From Candidatus Asgardarchaeum abyssi (lineage in GTDB: Archaea; Asgardarchaeota; Asgardarchaeia; Asgardarchaeales; Asgardarchaeaceae), in contig JBECUL010000007.1 of NCBI GenBank assembly GCA_040225955.1, forward strand, positions 1-64,000: DNA of 64,000 bases. The letters are read 5' to 3'. This document shows, in pieces, positions 58,403-64,000 of this stretch. The position numbers and the translations under genes were made by a program. Positions within the stretch are counted from its first letter, which is position 1, and each line of letters starts with the position of its first letter. Under the pieces are notes generated by a model, which was not told the origin of the DNA, ran no database searches, and was given only the letters and a program-made list of their open reading frames with translations.

Positions 58403-59206
58403 TTGCATTTAGAGAAATTTGATGAATCTATCAGGAAAAAGCTTCAATCGATTCTAAGAAAGATAGAAACTGAAACAGACTTATACGAAGTGTCTATCAT
58501 AACTCGAGATGGTATTTGCATCGCTAGTGCGACATCATCAACAATAGATGCTAATGAGAACTCTGCAGCAGTGGCAGCTATGTTAAACATAGCTCAAGAC
58601 ACCTCTAAGCGTATGGAACAAGGTAGATTAATACAAGTCGTGGTTCGGGGAGAGAAAGGGTTTACTATAATTACTCGTGTTGGTCCTGAACTTGTCCTAG
58701 CAGCGTCTAGTAGGTCTCAATATAAACTAGGTCTCTATTTGAGGATGTTGGTTAACTATGCATATGAAATAGCCTCATTACTTCATAGAGTTTCCACAGA
58801 GGCTGTAACTCCAATAACTGCTGTATCATCCGAGTCAATAAAAAAGACACAACCATTATTTGCAAGTATAGAAAAAGAAGCTCCCAAGACAACAAAACTC
58901 GTAAGCTCTGGACTTTTTGATAGCCTAGGAGAGGCTTCTGAAGCAGAGGAAATTCCTATGCCTGATTCAGAAGTGGTAACAATTAAAGGCACTCACGAAG
59001 TAGAAACAGTAAAACTTCCAGAGCAACCTTTACAAACAGAACCCGTATCTCCTGTAGAGAAACATCCAGTCACCATAGAACGACCTATGACCGTTAAGCC
59101 CATGAAAAAAGAGGCTCGTGCAGCTCCTAATGTTGATGAAGAGGAAAGAAAAGCAATCTTGGAAGCTTTAAGAATTATAGGTATGATTGGTAAAAAGAAG
59201 AGTTGA
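58403..59206 (+). CDS. Roadblock/LC7 domain protein with long low-complexity C-terminal tail
   Basis: SIITRDGICIAS...SAAVAAML...GRLIQVVVRGEKG...KLGL, then ~140 aa S/T/E/P-rich tail; GGAGGT SD. Confidence 0.85.
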   Translation: MHLEKFDESIRKKLQSILRKIETETDLYEVSIITRDGICIASATSSTIDANENSAAVAAMLNIAQDTSKRMEQGRLIQVVVRGEKGFTIITRVGPELVLAASSRSQYKLGLYLRMLVNYAYEIASLLHRVSTEAVTPITAVSSESIKKTQPLFASIEKEAPKTTKLVSSGLFDSLGEASEAEEIPMPDSEVVTIKGTHEVETVKLPEQPLQTEPVSPVEKHPVTIERPMTVKPMKKEARAAPNVDEEERKAILEALRIIGMIGKKKS

Positions 59207-59377
59207 TAATAGTTTGGTTCTTAGTTAGAAAATAAATAACTATTTTTAGATGATGAAATAATTGAACACAAAATGTTAAAACAAATATAACGCAAAAGTT
59301 ATTATAAGGATTAGTAAAAAATGGATTATATATTTACGCATGGAGATTCTCAATTGTCATATAAGGTTGGTGATATT

Positions 59378-59986
59378 ATGGTTGAGGACCCAAAAATACT
59401 AAAAACCGGCACTACCACAGTAGGTATTATTACAAAAGAAGGAGTTATTCTTGCAACAGAATCTCAAGCCACTATGGGCTATCTTATTGCAACAACAAAA
59501 GCACCAAAGATATATGAAATTACTCCTATGATTGCTATGACAATCTCAGGATCGGTTGCTGATTGCCAACAAATAGTTCGTGTAGTTCGTGCTAATGCAA
59601 GATTACACGAATTAGAAAGTGGAGCCCCAATCCCAGTTAGATCCGTTGCTAGGCTTACAGCAAATATACTTTTTCAAAATCGTTTGTCTCCCTACATTTC
59701 GCAACTTCTAATTGGTGGTATTGACGAGGCAGGACCACACTTATATTCTTTGGATCCCTTAGGAAGTTTATTAGAGGAGTCCGAGTTTGCATCTACAGGA
59801 TCAGGGTCTGTAATCGCTTATGGCGTACTAGAATCTGATTATAAGAAAGACATGTCAATTGATGAAGCCATAGCTCTCGCTAAAAAAGCTATAAGTGCTG
59901 CTAGAAAAAGAGATGCTGCTAGTGGTGGAGAAATTCAAATAGTTAAAATAACAAGGAATGGTATTGAGTGGGTAAGCAAAAAATAA
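59378..59986 (+). CDS. psmB: Proteasome beta subunit
   Basis: KTG|TTTVG propeptide junction, SGSVAD, GSGS, RDAASG. Start ATG 59378 behind GGTGA. Confidence 0.96.
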   Translation: MVEDPKILKTGTTTVGIITKEGVILATESQATMGYLIATTKAPKIYEITPMIAMTISGSVADCQQIVRVVRANARLHELESGAPIPVRSVARLTANILFQNRLSPYISQLLIGGIDEAGPHLYSLDPLGSLLEESEFASTGSGSVIAYGVLESDYKKDMSIDEAIALAKKAISAARKRDAASGGEIQIVKITRNGIEWVSKK

Positions 59987-60281
59987 AAATTAGTTTTTAA
60001 ACATAATTTCTTTATACTTTAAATTTTATTAAATAATGATTGATTGTTATGAGATATAACTTTTAATAATAAATACAAAGTAAATACATAAGTGGCTGTA
60101 TTAATACGGAGCTTTAATAAGTGATAGTTCTAGTAATAAGATGTTTGGGGAATAACGACTCGGTAGTTAATAAAGTTGATAAATATAATTGTCATAAATA
60201 AGTGTTGCTTACATTATTTAATAATTTATAATATAATGGCTTGCAGTTTATTAATACTATCAATTACATGAGTGTGATTTT

Positions 60282-61505
60282 ATGAGCGTAGATCGTAAAA
60301 ATGAGAAAGCAATAGCTGAGCAGATAAAACAATTTAGTATGTCTATTGCAGCTATTAGTACATATGATGTCAGTGGAGGTCTTCTTTTTAATACTCCTAT
60401 TATTCTTGGAGGAGAGAAACTAGTTGAAGATTTGAGCTTGTTATCCCTTGTTGAACAAGGTTTTGGCCAGCTAAATATTGTAGATCTCTTTTTAGGAAAA
60501 GATTACATATTAAAAACGGCATCTTACTTTGCTGAGCCATTATATCAATTTGAGCATCTAATTCCCAATTTGTACTTAGTGAAAACAAATTATCGTGACG
60601 CTTATCTACTTGGACTTTTAATAACTCCTTACTCCGATATTAATATAGTTGAATATCTTAAAGAAAGTAGCTTTATTATAAAAAGCTATTTTGGAACATT
60701 TAGACGATCAACATCACAGTATGAGGCAGGACAGATCGACGACCCTACTAGAAGAATGGAATGTTATGATACCGCCAGAACATTAATGTCCTTACTACAT
60801 TATAGAGTTTTTGATATCCGTAGATTAAGAGGTGGTAGCGAAATTCCCGGAAGGCAATCTTACTTTACAGCTGTAATGATTCTAGATGCGAAAGTTTATC
60901 ATTCCGATTTTATATGTTTGCAATGTGGTAGCGTTTACGATTCTGAGCCTGAGAATAGTAAGTGTTCCTCATGTGGCGGACAAGTAGTGAAGGCCCCCCC
61001 AGTTTTTGAATTTGAAAATATTTCGTTCATATTCCCAGATGTACTGGCTGATCGAAGCGAAGTAAAAATGACACCTCTTGATTATCTAACGTTATATGTA
61101 CAATCTGAAATACCTCCATCAGTAAAATTAGCAGTTCACAGAATAAATCCATTTATATTTTCTAATATTTTATATATCCCACGGCGAGTTATATTTGAAT
61201 ATAAAGGTACAAATGATGTCATTGACCTATTTAGTTTATGGAATTCTGAGAATAATAAATTTAGATTATTTATTGCTATTTCTGATAGTCGATTCAAGGA
61301 TTTTGACTTAATGCCTTATATGGCTGAGCGTGTTTTCTTAAGAGATCTTTCTGAAGGGCTAAATAAAAAATTATCTATTGAAGAAATTGTTAAAAAATCA
61401 GTTATAAAAGATTGGAATATTATACCTCCAATTTCGTTAAGTGAGTTAGATTCAAATGAGAAGTATCACACATGGGCTGGGTTGAGGGATGTTGTCAAAG
61501 AATAG
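60282..61505 (+). CDS. Hypothetical protein with an inserted zinc ribbon
   Basis: 407-aa ORF; CLQCG...KCSSCG. Confidence 0.75.
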   Translation: MSVDRKNEKAIAEQIKQFSMSIAAISTYDVSGGLLFNTPIILGGEKLVEDLSLLSLVEQGFGQLNIVDLFLGKDYILKTASYFAEPLYQFEHLIPNLYLVKTNYRDAYLLGLLITPYSDINIVEYLKESSFIIKSYFGTFRRSTSQYEAGQIDDPTRRMECYDTARTLMSLLHYRVFDIRRLRGGSEIPGRQSYFTAVMILDAKVYHSDFICLQCGSVYDSEPENSKCSSCGGQVVKAPPVFEFENISFIFPDVLADRSEVKMTPLDYLTLYVQSEIPPSVKLAVHRINPFIFSNILYIPRRVIFEYKGTNDVIDLFSLWNSENNKFRLFIAISDSRFKDFDLMPYMAERVFLRDLSEGLNKKLSIEEIVKKSVIKDWNIIPPISLSELDSNEKYHTWAGLRDVVKE

Positions 61506-62841
61506 TAGCGAGTTTTTAGAAAAGTTGATTGAAGAGCTACGAAGAAAATCTATGTCTTTACCTAGTCAGCTTGAAAGAATAACAAGGGTGAATCCACAAA
61601 TTGAAACTCTTGCAAGAAAAGTACAATTAAATTTCAAGACTGACGATGAAAGTAAAAAAATAATAGCTGCACTTTATCACTTAATGAGGTTGAATGAGGT
61701 AATTGATGAGCAGTATGGTTTTGAAGATTTTGTTAAAGATATAAATATCTTATTTGAAATTTTGTTGCCCAAATCTTCGGTTCTTACAAAGGATACTGTC
61801 TTTCAAATTTCCGATCTTTACTTAAAATTATTTTTAGATAGCGCTATAATTTCGTATGCAACTTTTATTAGATTGATTAATGAAAAGGGAAAAGAACTTA
61901 GCGATAACGTTATAAAAGCATTGTTAATTCGCGAGGAAATATTGGATACTTTTCTTCTAATAATTTCAAGTTTTGAGGATTTAAATAGAGACTTAGATTT
62001 ACGATTCTTTGTAGCAGCAGTTAGATATAGATTTCTTTATTCATTATATAGGATGAAGCGGAGTATTGAGCAACGGAAAATAGAAGAGTGGAAAAGAGGA
62101 AGAGAAGGAAAGGAATGGCTTAGAATAGTTGGAGACGAGCCTCCAAAACTTGTTGATATAGAATTAAGGCCAATTCATAAAATTTACGAAGAAATTAAGA
62201 AAGAATACCCGATTCGTTCAGGAGACGATGTCTTTTACGATATCTTATTCTTCGAAATAATATCTCCCATTTATGATATAATGGTAAAAATAGCTGCTGA
62301 CGCAATTCAAGAAAAAAGGAAAGAGATAGCCTCTTTAACAAGTAGCGGACTATCACTACAAAGACAGATAGCTGCTAGAACCGAATTTAAAGCTGATGAG
62401 ACCAGTATGCCTAGAATGAATCTTGAACTTATGATAGATTCTGCTTTCAGAATTACGGGTGAACTAACAGAGAGAAATAAGAGTGCTATTAGACATACAA
62501 TTGATACTCTGCTAAGAAGAAGAATGCTTAAGCTTTATGGGCAACTTTACATACCAGATATGTCTAAGCTTCTTGATGTTGCATTTGAAGAAGTGTATCA
62601 CTTATTACTATCCGAGCCATATATTGCGCTTTCTGTTTTATCTCCTGAAGAAATTAACATTTTTATGGAAAATCCAAAAGAGTATGTAAAATCAAAACGT
62701 AATACGCTTTGGGAATTATTTAAGAGGAAATTTAGAGCTTATGTTGGCGTAAATATCTCTTACTTTACAATTGCAGAAGCTCTAGTTAAAATAATAGATG
62801 AAGCTTTGCAACGTTATAACCGAATATTTAAACATAAATAG
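61489..62841 (+). CDS. Hypothetical helical protein
   Basis: 450-aa ORF overlapping the previous gene by 17 nt. Confidence 0.75.
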   Translation: MLSKNSSEFLEKLIEELRRKSMSLPSQLERITRVNPQIETLARKVQLNFKTDDESKKIIAALYHLMRLNEVIDEQYGFEDFVKDINILFEILLPKSSVLTKDTVFQISDLYLKLFLDSAIISYATFIRLINEKGKELSDNVIKALLIREEILDTFLLIISSFEDLNRDLDLRFFVAAVRYRFLYSLYRMKRSIEQRKIEEWKRGREGKEWLRIVGDEPPKLVDIELRPIHKIYEEIKKEYPIRSGDDVFYDILFFEIISPIYDIMVKIAADAIQEKRKEIASLTSSGLSLQRQIAARTEFKADETSMPRMNLELMIDSAFRITGELTERNKSAIRHTIDTLLRRRMLKLYGQLYIPDMSKLLDVAFEEVYHLLLSEPYIALSVLSPEEINIFMENPKEYVKSKRNTLWELFKRKFRAYVGVNISYFTIAEALVKIIDEALQRYNRIFKHK

Positions 62842-62924
62842 TGTCAGTTTATGAAATTCTGGAAGAGCTAACTATATTTTATTTACATATTTATTTATTG
62901 TACTCTTAAAATTGGGTGATCCGT

Positions 62925-64000
62925 ATGGAGCTCAATGAACCAGAATTATTTCTGACTATTGACAATTTCGAAATAGCAAATAAAAGTGTGCTTCTTAGAG
63001 TTGATATGAATAGTCCTGTAGATCATAATAGCGGTAAAATAATCGAAACTTCTAAGATAAAAGCCTATACAGATACTATCAAAGAGCTACTAAATAGAGA
63101 TGCTAAAATAGTTTTATTGACTCACCAAGGAAGACCCGGCGATTACGACTTTATAGAAACAAAGCAACATGCCGAAATACTATCTGAGATACTAAATTAT
63201 CATGTTCTGTATTATGATGGTCTCTTTGATTCCCACGCTATAGAGCTTATCAAGAAATTGAATTCAGGAGAAATATTAATGCTTCAGAATGTAAGATTTT
63301 ATTCAGAAGAAATAATAGATAAACCCCCCGAAGAGCAAGCAAAAACGCACTTGGTTAGAAAACTAGCTCCTCTTTTTGACTTATTTGTAGTTGACGCAGC
63401 TGGTGCTATGCATAGATCACAACCTAGTTTGGTCGGCTTTCCAGAGGTACTACCAACAGCGGCTGGAAGATTAATGGAGTACGAATTGACGAGACTTAGT
63501 ATTTTAAAAGCTAATTCCATGCGACCATATGTTTTTATTTTAGGTGGAGGAAAAGTAACAGATGCCATTACGTATATAAAAGCACTACTGGAAAATCAAG
63601 TTGCTGATAAGCTAATTCTTGTTGGTTTAGTCGGAAATCTTTTCCTAGCAGCTCTTGGTGTCGAATTAGGTAAAAGCATGAAGTTTTTGAAAAAGAAAAA
63701 CATGAATATATTATTCCCTATAGCAAGGGAAATATTCAGAAAATATGATGATAAAATAATGTTGCCAATTGACTTTACTGTACTAGACTTAAAAAATAAC
63801 GAAATTAAAGAGATAAGCCTTGACGATCTACCAATTAATGCATTTATATATGACATAGGATCTGATACTATAAACTATATTTCAGAAGTAATAGGAGACG
63901 CCGGATTAGTTGTAATGCGGGGGCCTGCCGGATTTATCGAGGACGAACGCTTTAGGCGAGGTACTGAAGAAATAATCAAAGCAATGGCAAAATCTAATGC
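62925..64000 (+). CDS. pgk: Phosphoglycerate kinase, cut by the window end
   Basis: My translation: VLLRVDMNSP, THQGRPG, LQNVRF, AMHRSQPS, LGGGKV. GGGTGA SD; no stop within the window. Confidence 0.93.
   Translation, partial: MELNEPELFLTIDNFEIANKSVLLRVDMNSPVDHNSGKIIETSKIKAYTDTIKELLNRDAKIVLLTHQGRPGDYDFIETKQHAEILSEILNYHVLYYDGLFDSHAIELIKKLNSGEILMLQNVRFYSEEIIDKPPEEQAKTHLVRKLAPLFDLFVVDAAGAMHRSQPSLVGFPEVLPTAAGRLMEYELTRLSILKANSMRPYVFILGGGKVTDAITYIKALLENQVADKLILVGLVGNLFLAALGVELGKSMKFLKKKNMNILFPIAREIFRKYDDKIMLPIDFTVLDLKNNEIKEISLDDLPINAFIYDIGSDTINYISEVIGDAGLVVMRGPAGFIEDERFRRGTEEIIKAMAKSN

Noticed and set aside
59987-60281. Long AT-rich gap as a possible ncRNA, repeat array or small gene
   Set aside because: No stable stems, repeats or credible ORF found by eye.
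465-63856. Many short ORF-track entries antisense or out of frame to long genes (e.g. 465..650, 1360..1701, 4188..4574, 6835..7236, 53268..53516, 63299..63568)
   Set aside because: They lie within or largely overlap well-supported CDSs and have no motifs; treated as shadow ORFs.
1-64000. CRISPR array, cas genes, provirus or integrase
   Set aside because: No regularly spaced direct repeats and no Cas, capsid or recombinase motifs recognised.

Overview
AT-rich, gene-dense window of an archaeal chromosome, most likely from an Asgard archaeon. The housekeeping genes are archaeal: group II chaperonin, Rpo6, class I LysRS, GatDE, eS25 and proteasome alpha/beta. Several eukaryote-signature proteins are present: a gelsolin-domain protein, a longin-like/Arf-like GTPase, an MglA-like GTPase, two Roadblock proteins, an ESCRT-II Vps22/36-like domain and an E2F/DP-like winged-helix protein. 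About 57 CDSs can be supported. I saw no rRNA, tRNA or CRISPR array. Best leads: (1) a ~12.5 kb cluster (23.0-35.5 kb) with a YbdK/GCS2-type carboxylate-amine ligase fused to tandem Ig-like domains, an amidohydrolase, a CDC48-N-like/VWA protein, a degenerate fusion of those last two, and a protein ending in an ESCRT-II-like domain, which may be an undescribed tagging/untagging and sorting system; (2) an IS5/IS903-like element end and a cognate 142-bp MITE that both end exactly 14 nt before a TATA box, hinting at promoter-targeted transposition; (3) an E2F/DP-like factor with GGCGCC just upstream of its own start; (4) an unannotated H/ACA-like RNA; (5) a TmcA/NAT10 gene overlapping a YqfB-like ASCH gene. 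All family calls come from motif recognition by eye. No searches were run, so novelty is unverified.
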